The notes: generated from the letters alone by a model not told the origin. Counted from the first letter of the stretch, positions 1-10,288 are shown. The stretch: 33,880 bases of DNA from an uncultured Candidatus Saccharibacteria bacterium (GCA_964471385.1 CAYYFJ010000004.1:1-33880), one strand, 5' to 3'. Program-made: numbers and translations.

Positions 1-46
1 GAAGCATTTGACAAAGAACTTCAAGAAATTGTGAAGAAAGCGAAAT

Positions 47-104
47 TAAGGGAGACTAAGGGAGACTAAGGGAGACTAAGGGAGACTAAGGGAGACTAAG
101 GGAA
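47..104. repeat. Tandem 10-bp repeat GGGAGACTAA: 5 full copies (50-99) plus partial flanks
   Basis: Read directly: TAA GGGAGACTAA x5 GGGAA. Each unit holds a TAA stop next to an SD-like AAGGGAG. The unit length is not a multiple of 3, so stops fall in all three frames. Confidence 0.9.
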
Positions 105-148
105 TATAGAGGAAAACTAAGGGGAATCAATTAACTTATTTTATTTCT

Positions 149-2656
149 ATGCCTTCAAGAACAACACGCAGAGCAGAGTCTGTCGCGCGCGATACGGCAG
201 TGATTGGCGCGCCGATACAAGCGCCATTCAAACCGGAACAGGGTGCTGAAGAAAAAACCCCGTCACATTCGGCGCGGGGAATTGGAGAAAAAAAAGAAAC
301 CGCGTGGGCGCAAGCTTCGTGGCCCGAGAGAATCGCAAAAGCAAGCGTATGCCTGCTGGCGGCGTTATTGCCTTTGTGGTTTTTGCCGTTCACGCAGGAT
401 GTGCTGGCGTATCAAAAGCAGATATTGCTTTTGGCGTTTGTTGTCCTTGCTTCCATTGCGTGGCTCGCTGATAGTATTGGCAAGCAGGAAATTGTTTCTA
501 GAAGGCACGCAGTGCTCGGGTCTCTTGCTTTGCTGGTCGGAGCGGTCGGGATTTCTTCCGCGTTGTCATTGTGGAGCTACGGGAGTTTTTGGGGATTTCC
601 GTTGAACAGCACCGACAGCTTTGCGACTCTTTTTGGGTTTGCCATGCTGTATGTTTTAATCGTTCATGTCTATCGCGAGCCAAAAGAGCTCGCTCTGCCA
701 TACCTTTTGCTTGCAGGATCGCTTTTTCTCGGCACGGCGTTCGCTCTTCTTCAACTGCTCCAGCTTTATATCCTTCCGTTTGCGTTTGCCCGCGCGAGCG
801 TGTTTAACACACTGGGCAGTGTAAATAATATTGCGTTGCTTGCCGCGGCTTTTCTTCCCATGGTTCTCGCGCTTATGTCCGCCGCGCGCTCTTTCATGCG
901 GTGGGCGCTCTTTGGCATTATCCTTTTTTTTGCCGCGTTTCTTGTCCTTGTCAATTTTGCGAGCGCATGGATTGTTTTGCTGGCGGGATTGTCGGCGTTG
1001 ATTGTGTTCGGCATGTGGAATTCTCAAAAGCGGGTTGACTTTAGCCGCGTTTCTTTCCCCATTGTTCTTCTCGCGCTTGCCCTGTTTTTTCTCATGTTCC
1101 GCGTGGCAATTCCCTGGTCCCCGAATATTCCTCTTGAAGTGAGCCCAAGCTTTTCTTCTGAAGTTGAGATTGCAAAGAGCGTGTTGCAAGAGCGTCCCGT
1201 GACCGGATCGGGGCCCGGCACCTTTGTGTTTGATTACGCGAAGCATCATTCAGCGGCTCTGAACCAAACGGTGTTTTGGAGCACTCGTTTTGCTTCGGGA
1301 TCCTCGGAATTGTTTGACTGGGTTGTAACCAAAGGGGCGCTTGGCGCGCTTTCGCTTCTGCTTTTTATCGCGTTTACTTTGCGGCTGGGACTGAAAAATC
1401 TTTTGTCTTTGCCAGAGGATCAGGCAAGCCGGGCGGTAAGCCTGGGAAGTTCCGCGATGTTTGCGGCATTGTCCTTGTCGCTTGCGCTGTACCCCGCGTC
1501 TTTCATCACATGGTTTCTTTTTTGGGCGTCCGCGGCAGGAGTTTTTGCCGCATACGAAGGGCCCGCGCGCGTTTTTTCCATTGCTCCGCCCTCCCGGATT
1601 GCGCTTGCGATTTCATCCGCGTTTTTATTTGTCCTTATCTTCGGCATCGGCTTTTTCTATGTGCAGGGCCAGAAATACACGGCTGACATACGGTACACGC
1701 AGGGGCTTTGGGCGCTTCAAACGGGGAATAACGAAACCGCGATAGCGCGCATGTTTTCGGCAGTGAATCTTAATCCTTCCATTGATATCTATTGGAGGGA
1801 TTTGGCGCAGGTGTATCTTGCGCAGATAGGGCCGTCTTTCTCAAACGAGGCGTTTTCAAAAGAACAGCGCCAGCAGCAGGCGCAGAGCGTCATGGCAAAT
1901 GCTATTGCCGCGGCAAAACGGGCAACAGCGCTTTCACCAAACAATGTGGCAAACTGGAACGTGCTCGGTTTTGTGTACAGGAACCTTGTCGGCATTCCGC
2001 AGGCCGAAGAATTTGCGATATCCAGCTATGAAAAAGCCGCAGAGCTGGAACCGGCTTCCCCGTTTGCGTGGGCGGAAATGGGAAGAGTGTACGCGGCAAG
2101 CGGCCAGAATCTTTCCCTGAAGGGCGAAACAAAATCGCAAAGCGAGGCGGCATACGCAAAAGCGCTTGATGCGCTCGCGAACGCAACCGGCTTAAAATCA
2201 GATTACGCGCCCGCGCATTTTCTTATTGCCACGGTGTATGAAGGGCAGGGAAGGACAGGAGAGGCATCAAGGAAGCTGAAAGAAATTGCAAACATGAACC
2301 CAAGCGATACGGGAATCGCTTTTCAGCTTGGCGTGCTGTATTGGCAGAAAAAAGACATTGAAAGCGCGCAGAAAGAATTTGAACGCGCGAAAACTCTGAA
2401 TCCTTTGTACGCCAATGCGCGGTATATGCTCGGGCTTGTGTATGAAAAACAAGGCAGAATATCTGCGGCAAAGGAAGAATTTGAAGCGGTCTTGAGGCTA
2501 AACCCCAAGAATGAAGAAATAAAAAACATTCTCGCGAATCTTGAAGCGGGGAAGCCGGCTCTTGAAGGAATAGCGCCAAGCCAGCCCCCGGTTTCTGAAA
2601 ATCCGCCTGAAATAAAAACGCAGGAACCAGAACCCGCCCAAAAGAAAGAGAAATAA
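149..2656 (+). CDS. O-antigen-ligase-like polytopic membrane protein fused to C-terminal TPR repeats
   Basis: 835-aa ORF. The N-terminal ~470 aa are multi-pass hydrophobic and Wzy_C-like. The C-terminal ~300 aa are TPR repeats (e.g. NPLYANARYMLGLVYEKQGRISAAKEEFEAVLRLNP). The start codon is uncertain because there is no SD. Confidence 0.7.
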   Translation: MPSRTTRRAESVARDTAVIGAPIQAPFKPEQGAEEKTPSHSARGIGEKKETAWAQASWPERIAKASVCLLAALLPLWFLPFTQDVLAYQKQILLLAFVVLASIAWLADSIGKQEIVSRRHAVLGSLALLVGAVGISSALSLWSYGSFWGFPLNSTDSFATLFGFAMLYVLIVHVYREPKELALPYLLLAGSLFLGTAFALLQLLQLYILPFAFARASVFNTLGSVNNIALLAAAFLPMVLALMSAARSFMRWALFGIILFFAAFLVLVNFASAWIVLLAGLSALIVFGMWNSQKRVDFSRVSFPIVLLALALFFLMFRVAIPWSPNIPLEVSPSFSSEVEIAKSVLQERPVTGSGPGTFVFDYAKHHSAALNQTVFWSTRFASGSSELFDWVVTKGALGALSLLLFIAFTLRLGLKNLLSLPEDQASRAVSLGSSAMFAALSLSLALYPASFITWFLFWASAAGVFAAYEGPARVFSIAPPSRIALAISSAFLFVLIFGIGFFYVQGQKYTADIRYTQGLWALQTGNNETAIARMFSAVNLNPSIDIYWRDLAQVYLAQIGPSFSNEAFSKEQRQQQAQSVMANAIAAAKRATALSPNNVANWNVLGFVYRNLVGIPQAEEFAISSYEKAAELEPASPFAWAEMGRVYAASGQNLSLKGETKSQSEAAYAKALDALANATGLKSDYAPAHFLIATVYEGQGRTGEASRKLKEIANMNPSDTGIAFQLGVLYWQKKDIESAQKEFERAKTLNPLYANARYMLGLVYEKQGRISAAKEEFEAVLRLNPKNEEIKNILANLEAGKPALEGIAPSQPPVSENPPEIKTQEPEPAQKKEK

Positions 2657-2657
2657 T

Positions 2658-2712
2658 GAAATGTCAAATTCCAAAACCCAAATGCCAAATGAAATCCAAA
2701 GTTCAAATGACA
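2658..2712 (+). repeat. Left arm of the AAATGYC heptad-word inverted repeat; overlaps the start of the four-helix-bundle gene
   Basis: AAATGTCAAATTCCAAAACCCAAATGCCAAATGAAATCCAAAGTTCAAATGACAAA. By manual alignment about 41/55 positions are complementary to 3061-3114. Confidence 0.8.
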
Positions 2713-3065
2713 AAAAGTATAATTTAGAGGAACGTACGGCAACATTTGGGGAGCACATCATTGAGTTTGCAAAATCATTGCATCAGAATGCAGTTACTGC
2801 GTCGCTGATTAGTCAATTTGTTCGAGCAGGAACAAGCATCGGAGCGAACTACATGGAAGCAGATGGAGCAGAATCAAGAAGTGATTTTAGACATAAGATA
2901 GCGTTATGTAAGAAAGAATCAAAAGAAACGCGGCACTGGATACGAATGATAGCGAAAGCATGTCCCGAAAGTATCGTTGAATGCCGCAAACTTTGGCAAG
3001 AGGCAGATGAACTCACTCTAATATTCTCTTCTATCCTTCGTTCCAAGAAAAGTGAAAAAATTTGA
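2661..3065 (+). CDS. Four-helix-bundle protein (23S rRNA intervening-sequence protein family, Avd-like)
   Basis: 134-aa ORF. The core LEERTATFGEHIIEF...QFVRAGTSIGANYMEA...DFRHKIALCKKESKETRHWIRMI fits PF05635/TIGR02436-type proteins. The first ~17 aa (MSNSKTQMPNEIQSSND) are encoded by the repeat arm. An alternative start is M8 at 2682. Confidence 0.85.
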   Translation: MSNSKTQMPNEIQSSNDKKYNLEERTATFGEHIIEFAKSLHQNAVTASLISQFVRAGTSIGANYMEADGAESRSDFRHKIALCKKESKETRHWIRMIAKACPESIVECRKLWQEADELTLIFSSILRSKKSEKI

Positions 3066-3114
3066 CATTTGGACTTTGACATTCATTTGACATTTGAAAT
3101 TTGAGTTTTGACAT
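3061..3114 (+). repeat. Right arm of the heptad-word inverted repeat (GRCATTT words); contains the stop codon of the four-helix-bundle gene
   Basis: TTTGACATTTGGACTTTGACATTCATTTGACATTTGAAATTTGAGTTTTGACATT. The TGA stop at 3063-3065 is part of the first TTTGACA word. Confidence 0.8.
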
Positions 3115-3123
3115 TAGCGATTG

Positions 3124-3152
3124 TTGACATTCTTTTTATGATAGTGTACAAT
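3124..3152 (+). promoter_or_regulatory. Sigma70-type promoter upstream of rpoB
   Basis: TTGACA (3124-3129), 17-nt spacer, TACAAT (3147-3152). It would give a ~155-nt leader before rpoB. Confidence 0.5.
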
Positions 3153-3312
3153 GCAGTTCAGTGTCTTGGATGACTCTTTCTTTTGTTTCCGCGGACAAAC
3201 CATATCAATATTAAAACGCAAGTTTGACGCCTGCGATTTTTGATAAGCGTTACTAATTCATTTTGCAGACCCTGTTTTTTTGTGCGCCGGGGTCTTTTAA
3301 TGTTTACACGCT

Positions 3313-6300
3313 ATGATTCTTCAACGCCCTGTGAAGTCGTTCGCCCAATCAAAGCTTCAGTTTGCTCCCCCGTATCTTCTGGAGGTGCAGACTGACAGCT
3401 GGAGCGCGTTCTGGAGCCACTACCTCAAGGAGTTGCTTTCCGAAGTTTCGCCTATCAGAGACTACACAAAAAAAGAGTTTGAACTTTGGTTTTTGGATTA
3501 CAATCTTGGGGCGCCAAACCACTCCAACGATTTGGAAGCAAAAAACAATGACGACTCGTTTGAAGCTCCCTTGAGGGTGAAGGTCAGGTTGGTGAATCTT
3601 CGCACCAAAGAAGTGAAAGAGCAGGAAGTGTTCCTTGCCGATTTTCCTTTGATTACGGAACGGGGCACGTTTATTTTAAACGGAGTGGAGCGTGTCGCCA
3701 TTTCCCAGCTTATACGGTCCCCGGGCGCATTTTTCACCGCGCAGTTTTCAGGAGGCAGGCGTTTGTTCGGAGCGAAACTTATTCCGAACAGAGGGGCATG
3801 GCTTGAATTTGAAACAGAAAGTTCCGGATTCATCGGAGTTCGCATTGACCGGAAACGGAAAGCCGCCGCAACCACATTATTGCGCGCGTTTGGCATGGGA
3901 GAAGAAGAGGACATCAAAAAGGCGTTTGGCGACATTGACACGGGGAACATCAAGTATATTGAAGAAACGCTGAAAAAAGATTCCAGCAAAGATCAGGGAG
4001 AGGCGCTGGTGGAAATCTACCGCCGCTTGCGCCCCGGAGATTATGTGACGCCAGACACCGCCAAAGAGCTCATTTGGAACATGTTTTTCAATTTTGAGCG
4101 GTACGATATGTCCCGCGTGGGACGGTGGAAATCGCTTCAGCGGCTTCCCGAGCTCAAGGAAAAATTGAAAGCGCAGTATCCCGACATTGAAAGCGACATT
4201 GGAACCGAAGAGAGGATTCTGAAGATTGAAGACGTGATCGCCTGCTTGCGGGAAATCATACGGCTGAACAACACTCCGGGAGCCCAGCCCGATCAGATTG
4301 ACCACTTGGGAAACAGAAGGGTAAGAACGTTTTCCGAGTTTCTGCAAAACCGCATACGGGTCGGGTTTATGCGCATGGAGCGCATCATCAAAGACAGAAT
4401 GTCCACACTAGATCCTGCGACCATCACTCCTGCCCAGCTCATCAATCCGAGGCCGGTCATGGCGGTGATCAAGGAATTCTTTACGTCTTCCCAGCTTACC
4501 CAGTTTATGGACAATGAAAACCCGTTAGCCGAGCTTGAGCATAAGCGCAGAGTGTCGGCAACCGGCCCCGGAGGACTCACCAGAGAGCGCGCCGGATTTG
4601 AAGTGCGCGATGTCCAGCCGAGCCACTACGGGCGCATTTGCCCTATTCAGACACCAGAGGGTCCCAACATCGGGCTTGTGGGGCATTTGTCAACATACGC
4701 GAGAATCAATCAATTCGGATTTCTTGAAACTCCGTATTTCAAGGTGGACAAGGGCAGAGTGACAGATGAAATCAGATACCTTACTGCATACGAAGAAGAG
4801 CAGTTTGCCATTGCGCAAGCCGGCGTCCGGCTGGATGAAAAAGGAAAAATCACGGACGAACATGTGAACGCAAGAATTCATGGAGAACCGGGAGTCGCGC
4901 CGCGAGAGGACATTGATTTTATTGACGTGTCCCCCGAGCAGTTTATTTCCATAGCAACTTCGCTCATTCCTTTTTTGCGCAACGATGACGCAAACAGAGC
5001 GCTTATGGGGTCTAACATGCAGAGGCAGGCTGTGCCGTTGGTGAAACCCCAGGCTCCTCTGGTTGGCACGGGGCTTGAAGAGCGCGTGGCAAAAGATTCC
5101 GGACTTGCGGTGGTGGCGCAGGAGGATGGAATAGTTATGGAAGCTGACGCGGATCATATTACGCTGAAACTGAACAATCCCCAGCAGAACGTGAAAATCC
5201 GCGAACACCGATTAAAGAAATTCGTGAGAACAAACCAGTACACCTCGTTTCATCAAAAGCCGATCGTGTTTCCCGGAGACGCGGTGAAAAAGGGGCAGGT
5301 GGTAGCCGACGGCGCCGCGATTGACAACGGAAGGTTGGCTCTTGGCACAAACCTGATTGTCGCGTTTCTGCCTTGGAGAGGGGGCAATTATGAAGACGCA
5401 ATTATTCTTTCCGATCGGCTTGTGAAAGAAGATGTGTTCTCTTCCGTGCATATTGAAGATTTCAGCTGCGATGTGCGCGAGACAAAGCTGGGGCCTGAAC
5501 TCACAACCTCCGATATTCCGAATGTCGGGGAAGAAAAACTGAAGGATTTGGACGAAGAGGGAATCGTGCGCGTGGGCGCCGAGGTGGGGCCCAACAGTAT
5601 TCTTGTCGGGAAAATTTCTCCCAAAGGGGAAGCCGACCTTACGGCGGAAGAGCGCCTGTTGAGAGCTATTTTTGGAGAAAAAGCAAGGGATGTGAAAGAT
5701 TCGTCGCTTGGGGTTCCTCACGGGAAAAGAGGAAGGGTTGTGAATGTCCGCATTTTTTCAAGAGACGCGGGACACAAGCTGGAGCCCGGAGTGATCAAGC
5801 GCATTCACGTGGAAGTTGCGGAACTCCGCAAAATACAGCCCGGAGACAAGCTTGCCGGGCGGCATGGAAATAAAGGGGTCATCTCCATGATTCTTCCGCA
5901 AGAGGAAATGCCCTTTATGGCAGATGGCCGTCCTGTTGACATTGTGCTGAATCCCCTTGGCGTGGCGTCTCGCATGAACATCGGACAGATTCTGGAAACC
6001 CATTTGGGATGGGCCGCCCACGAATTGGGGTATCTTGCGCTTACCCCCGGGCTTTCGGGAGCAACGGAAGCTGACATTAAGGCGGAACTCAAAAAAGCCG
6101 GTCTTCCCGAAGACGGAAAGGTAACGCTGTATGACGGCAGGGACGGAATGCCTTTTCCCCAGAAGGTGACAGTCGGATATATTTATATGATGAAGCTGAT
6201 ACACATGGTGGAGGATAAAATCCATATGCGCTCCATAGGGCCCTATTCTTTGATTACCCAACAGCCCCTCGGAGGAAAGGCGCAGTTCGGTGGACAAAGA

Positions 6301-6561
6301 TTTGGGGAAATGGAGGTGTGGGCGCTTGAAGGGTATGGAGCGGCGCATATTCTGCAGGAGATGCTGACCATAAAGTCAGATGATGTGCCGGGACGCGCCG
6401 CCACATACGAGTCTATTTTGCGGGGCCAGCCCATACAGACTCCCAACCTTCCCGCTTCCTTCAATCTTTTGCTCAACGAATTGCGTTCGCTGTCTTTGCA
6501 TGTGGAAGTGAAAGAGAAAAAAGGACGGGAAGAATCGCGGCATTTTCAAAAAGAAGATTAG
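3313..6561 (+). CDS. rpoB: DNA-directed RNA polymerase subunit beta
   Basis: 1082-aa ORF with canonical RpoB blocks (FGEKARDVKDSSL, GRHGNKGVIS, GGQRFGEMEVWALEGYGAA). Confidence 0.97.
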   Translation: MILQRPVKSFAQSKLQFAPPYLLEVQTDSWSAFWSHYLKELLSEVSPIRDYTKKEFELWFLDYNLGAPNHSNDLEAKNNDDSFEAPLRVKVRLVNLRTKEVKEQEVFLADFPLITERGTFILNGVERVAISQLIRSPGAFFTAQFSGGRRLFGAKLIPNRGAWLEFETESSGFIGVRIDRKRKAAATTLLRAFGMGEEEDIKKAFGDIDTGNIKYIEETLKKDSSKDQGEALVEIYRRLRPGDYVTPDTAKELIWNMFFNFERYDMSRVGRWKSLQRLPELKEKLKAQYPDIESDIGTEERILKIEDVIACLREIIRLNNTPGAQPDQIDHLGNRRVRTFSEFLQNRIRVGFMRMERIIKDRMSTLDPATITPAQLINPRPVMAVIKEFFTSSQLTQFMDNENPLAELEHKRRVSATGPGGLTRERAGFEVRDVQPSHYGRICPIQTPEGPNIGLVGHLSTYARINQFGFLETPYFKVDKGRVTDEIRYLTAYEEEQFAIAQAGVRLDEKGKITDEHVNARIHGEPGVAPREDIDFIDVSPEQFISIATSLIPFLRNDDANRALMGSNMQRQAVPLVKPQAPLVGTGLEERVAKDSGLAVVAQEDGIVMEADADHITLKLNNPQQNVKIREHRLKKFVRTNQYTSFHQKPIVFPGDAVKKGQVVADGAAIDNGRLALGTNLIVAFLPWRGGNYEDAIILSDRLVKEDVFSSVHIEDFSCDVRETKLGPELTTSDIPNVGEEKLKDLDEEGIVRVGAEVGPNSILVGKISPKGEADLTAEERLLRAIFGEKARDVKDSSLGVPHGKRGRVVNVRIFSRDAGHKLEPGVIKRIHVEVAELRKIQPGDKLAGRHGNKGVISMILPQEEMPFMADGRPVDIVLNPLGVASRMNIGQILETHLGWAAHELGYLALTPGLSGATEADIKAELKKAGLPEDGKVTLYDGRDGMPFPQKVTVGYIYMMKLIHMVEDKIHMRSIGPYSLITQQPLGGKAQFGGQRFGEMEVWALEGYGAAHILQEMLTIKSDDVPGRAATYESILRGQPIQTPNLPASFNLLLNELRSLSLHVEVKEKKGREESRHFQKED

Positions 6562-6579
6562 TCAATATATCATCATATC

Positions 6580-6684
6580 ATCGGCGGATTAACGGATGAG
6601 CGGATTTTTGCTGAAGCGTACGCTCCGAGAACTTGCTCATTCTTTAATCCGTTCATTCTTTAATTCGTTAATTCTTTCATTTGC
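6580..6684. repeat. rpoB-rpoC spacer hairpin built from CGGATTAA-type words
   Basis: The left arm CGGATTAACGGATGAG (6585-6600) is 14/16 complementary to CTCATTCTTTAATCCG (6636-6651). The right side repeats a 16-nt unit (TTCATTCTTTAATYCG) about 3 times. The loop holds the palindrome AGCGTACGCT. Confidence 0.6.
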
Positions 6685-6688
6685 ATGT

Positions 6689-9600
6689 ATGAAAGTTATT
6701 GACCTTGAAGCCATACGCATCAAGTTAGCTTCCCCGGACGACATTCTTTTGTGGTCTCGCGGAGAAGTGACAAAGCCGGAAACCATCAATTACCGCACGC
6801 AGAGGGCTGAAAAAGACGGGCTTTTTGACGAGCGCATTTTCGGTCCCGAAAAAGATTATGAATGCTACTGCGGAAAGTACCGGAAGATACGGTACAAAGG
6901 AGTGGTGTGCGACCGGTGCGGAGTTGAGGTGACCAAGTCCTCCGTCAGAAGGGAGCGCATGGGGCACATCAAACTTGCGACGCCCTGCTCCCATATCTGG
7001 TATTTGCGCGGCATGCCTTCCCGCATGGGCATGGTGCTTGACATTGGGGCGCAAAGCATGGAGCGCGTGATTTATTTTGCCGCGTACATTATCACAAAAG
7101 TGAACGAAGAGGCGAAACAAAAAGCGCAAGAAGACATTGAAAATGAGTTTAAAAAGAAGGTGAGGGGGCTTTCAGACGAAGAAAAGCAAGCCGTAAAAGA
7201 GGCAAAAGACAAGGCAAAGGAAGAGCTCAATTCCGTTGCGCTCCTGCGCATTCTGAGCGAGGCTGAATACCAAAATTTGTCTCTGAAATTCGGACATATT
7301 TTTGAAGCCGGCACCGGATCTGAAACCCTGCGGAAAATTTTTGAGCAGGTTGACCTGAAAAAACTTGTTTCCAAGCTTCGTCCCGATATTGAGCAGGCAA
7401 CTCCCCAGACCAAGCGCCGGCTCATGGTTCGCTTAAAACTGATTCAGTCCATGCACGAGGCGAATGTGCGGCCCGAGTGGATGTTTTTGACCATGCTTCC
7501 CATACTGCCCCCTGATTTGCGGCCTATGGTCCAGTTGGACGGCGGACGGTACGCTTCTTCTGACTTGAACGATTTGTACCGAAGGGTCATCAACCGCAAC
7601 AACCGTTTGAAATATCTGCTGGAAATCGGAGCCCCCGACGTTATCGTGCGCAATGAAAAACGCATGTTGCAAGAAGCCGTGGATGCGCTGATTGACAACA
7701 ACATGAGAAAAGGGACGGTTACGCAGGCGACAACCGGAGGAAAGCGGCTCTTAAAATCGTTGGCCGACATGCTCAAGGGCAAGCAGGGAAGATTCCGCCA
7801 GAACCTGCTCGGAAAGCGCGTGGATTATTCCGGGAGATCGGTGATTGTCGTGGGGCCGGACCTGAACCTTAACCAGTGCGGATTGCCAAAGCGCATGGCG
7901 CTGGAGTTGTTCAAGCCGTTTGTCATCCAAAAGATTTTGGAAAAAGAGCTTGCGTATAATGTGCGGGGAGCTTCGCGTTTGATTGATCTTGAAACGGACG
8001 ATGTCTGGGCGATTTTGGAAGAGGTTGCCAAAGGAAAACTCGTGCTGTTGAATCGCGCTCCCACCCTTCACCGGCTTGGCATTCAGGCGTTTTATCCCGT
8101 GCTTATTGAGGGGGAAGCGATACGTTTGCATCCCTTGGTGTGCAGGGCGTATAACGCGGACTTTGACGGAGACCAGATGGCAGTTCATGTCCCTCTTTCA
8201 GACGAAGCGCAAAAAGAGGCAAGAGAGCTTATGCTTTCTTCTGTGAACCTTTTAAAGCCTGCAACAGGCCAGCCTGTTGTGTCTCCAAATCAGGACGTGG
8301 TGCTCGGATGTTATTATCTGACAGGCCTTGAACCGCAGGAAGAAGCAAAAACCCCGTTGAGATCTTTCAGCTCTCCCGAAGAGGCGGTTCTCGCTCTGGA
8401 ACATGGCGTGATTTTCTTGAGAGAAGTGATAAGGGTGCGGTTGGACGACGGGACGATCATAGAAACAACCGTAGGCCGTCTCATTTTCAACGACTCGCTT
8501 CCCAAAGGATATCTTTTTGTGAACGAGCAGATGAATTCAAAAAAACTGGAGCGGCTTATGGGAGACATGATCCGCAGATATTCGGGGCCTGAAGCCCATG
8601 CGGTTTTGGACCGGATAAAATCTCTCGGATTTGAATACGCGACAAAGTCCGGCATTACATGGGGCATGGACGACCTTGTGGTGCCGCAGGAAAAACACCA
8701 GCTTTTGGCGCAGGCGGAACAAGAGATTGAAACTCTTGACCAGCACTGGTCTCACGGGCTTCTTTCCAAAGAAGAGCGGTCAGCGAAGGTGATTGAAATC
8801 TGGACCCGCGTAAAATCTGCGGTTGAAAAGCTTGTTCCCAAAGCCCTGCCTTTGGGCGGGTCCGTCTTTTCCATTATTGATTCGGGATCCCGGGGTTCCT
8901 GGTCCCAGCCCGTGCAAATGGCGGGAATGAAGGGGCTTGTGATCAACCCTGCCGGGCGCACCATTGAACTTCCCGTCAAAAGCTCGTTTAAAGAAGGATT
9001 CGGCGTGCTTGAGTATTTTATTTCAACGCACGGCGCGCGAAAGGGAACTGCCGACACCGCGCTGAGAACTTCCACCGCAGGGTATCTGACGCGCCGCCTT
9101 ATTGATGTTTCCCACGACATGATTGTAACCGAAGAAGACTGCGGAGACGAGAAAGGAATCACGGTGCTGAAAAAAGAAGCAATGGAACTTGGCCAGAGTC
9201 TTGGCTTGAAAATCGCTGGCCGCATCGCGGCGGAAGCAATCGGCTCTTACGCGAAAAAAGGCCAGATGATTGACTTTGACGTGTTGCAGAAAATTTCAGA
9301 AGACGAAACAGTGCAGGCCTTGAAAATCCGTTCGTCCCTGTCATGTAAAACATTGCATGGCGTGTGTCAAAAATGTTACGGATGGGATTTGGGTTCCAAT
9401 ACTCTTGTCAGTTTGGGATCGGCCGTGGGCATTGTGGCGGCGCAGTCCATCGGAGAGCCGGGAACCCAGCTTACCATGAGGACGTTCCACACGGGAGGAG
9501 TGGCGTCGGCGGGCGACATTACGCAGGGTCTTCCGCGCGTGGAAGAAATTTTTGAAGGCAGAATACCGGGCGGCAAAGCGGCGGTGTCCGAAGTTGAGGG

Positions 9601-10288
9601 CATTGTGGAGGAAATCACCAAAGAGGGCGTTATCAAAGTGCGGGTGCAGAGTTCCGATGCTGAAGATCAAGAAGAGGAAACACCTCAAAAGAGCAAGGGA
9701 CGGGGAAAAAAGAAAAAAGTTTCCCCCGCAAAAACAGGGGATATTGTGGAATACGAGCTTCCGGCAAAGAAAGCCGTGTGGGTTCAGCAGGGGGACATGG
9801 TTTCCAAGGGACAGCAGTTGTGCGAAGGATCCCTTGATTTGAAAGAACTTTTTAAGGTGGCCGGCAAAGAACAGGCGCAAAAGTATGTCGTAAAAGAAGT
9901 GCAAAGAATTTATACCTCGCAAGGGGCCAGCATTCACGACAAACATATTGAAGTGATTACCCGGCAGATGTTTTCCAGAGTCCGCGTCAAAAACAGCGAA
10001 GATACCAGATTTGCGGAAGGAGAGGTGGCGGAACGCGGCACATTTCTTGAAGAAAACGCCCGCGTGAAAAAACTTGGAAAAAAAGGAGCAACGGCAAGCC
10101 AGCTTTTGCTTGGCATCTCCAAAGTCGCGCTGACCACGGAAAGCTTTTTGTCCGCCGCCTCGTTCCAGGAAACATCCCGCGTTCTCATTTCAGCTTCTCT
10201 GGAGGGCAAGGAAGACAAACTGCGCGGCCTGAAAGAGAACGTGATTCTCGGCAAACTGATTCCGGCCGGCACTGGATTTAAAAAATAG
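6689..10288 (+). CDS. rpoC: DNA-directed RNA polymerase subunit beta prime
   Basis: The ORF track opens at 6596, but those first 31 codons translate the spacer repeat. The conserved N-terminus [19 protein letters not shown] starts at ATG 6689. The NADFDGD catalytic motif is present. Confidence 0.95.
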   Translation: MKVIDLEAIRIKLASPDDILLWSRGEVTKPETINYRTQRAEKDGLFDERIFGPEKDYECYCGKYRKIRYKGVVCDRCGVEVTKSSVRRERMGHIKLATPCSHIWYLRGMPSRMGMVLDIGAQSMERVIYFAAYIITKVNEEAKQKAQEDIENEFKKKVRGLSDEEKQAVKEAKDKAKEELNSVALLRILSEAEYQNLSLKFGHIFEAGTGSETLRKIFEQVDLKKLVSKLRPDIEQATPQTKRRLMVRLKLIQSMHEANVRPEWMFLTMLPILPPDLRPMVQLDGGRYASSDLNDLYRRVINRNNRLKYLLEIGAPDVIVRNEKRMLQEAVDALIDNNMRKGTVTQATTGGKRLLKSLADMLKGKQGRFRQNLLGKRVDYSGRSVIVVGPDLNLNQCGLPKRMALELFKPFVIQKILEKELAYNVRGASRLIDLETDDVWAILEEVAKGKLVLLNRAPTLHRLGIQAFYPVLIEGEAIRLHPLVCRAYNADFDGDQMAVHVPLSDEAQKEARELMLSSVNLLKPATGQPVVSPNQDVVLGCYYLTGLEPQEEAKTPLRSFSSPEEAVLALEHGVIFLREVIRVRLDDGTIIETTVGRLIFNDSLPKGYLFVNEQMNSKKLERLMGDMIRRYSGPEAHAVLDRIKSLGFEYATKSGITWGMDDLVVPQEKHQLLAQAEQEIETLDQHWSHGLLSKEERSAKVIEIWTRVKSAVEKLVPKALPLGGSVFSIIDSGSRGSWSQPVQMAGMKGLVINPAGRTIELPVKSSFKEGFGVLEYFISTHGARKGTADTALRTSTAGYLTRRLIDVSHDMIVTEEDCGDEKGITVLKKEAMELGQSLGLKIAGRIAAEAIGSYAKKGQMIDFDVLQKISEDETVQALKIRSSLSCKTLHGVCQKCYGWDLGSNTLVSLGSAVGIVAAQSIGEPGTQLTMRTFHTGGVASAGDITQGLPRVEEIFEGRIPGGKAAVSEVEGIVEEITKEGVIKVRVQSSDAEDQEEETPQKSKGRGKKKKVSPAKTGDIVEYELPAKKAVWVQQGDMVSKGQQLCEGSLDLKELFKVAGKEQAQKYVVKEVQRIYTSQGASIHDKHIEVITRQMFSRVRVKNSEDTRFAEGEVAERGTFLEENARVKKLGKKGATASQLLLGISKVALTTESFLSAASFQETSRVLISASLEGKEDKLRGLKENVILGKLIPAGTGFKK

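Noticed and set aside
1-69. Possible 3' end of an upstream CDS (frame 1 is open from the window edge: EAFDKELQEIVKKAKLRETKGD*).
   Set aside because: Only 22 codons are visible, with no recognisable motif. The last codons are part of the tandem repeat. That is not enough to call a feature.
2661-3065. Diversity-generating retroelement, considered because the four-helix-bundle protein is Avd-like.
   Set aside because: The window contains no reverse transcriptase gene and no template/variable repeat pair with adenine-specific mismatches.
3268-3300. Possible attenuator hairpin in the rpoB leader (AGACCC...GGGGTCT followed by TTTT).
   Set aside because: The stem is only 6 bp, the loop is about 17 nt and the T-run is short. 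That is too weak to call without folding energies or conservation.
6596-6688. N-terminal extensions in the ORF track: rpoC from 6596, ftsK from 10321, the phosphohexomutase from 15031, trpS from 17564, and the 96-aa ORF from 27628.
   Set aside because: The extensions translate spacer repeats, terminators or hairpins and are not conserved-looking. Internal ATGs coincide with the conserved N-termini.
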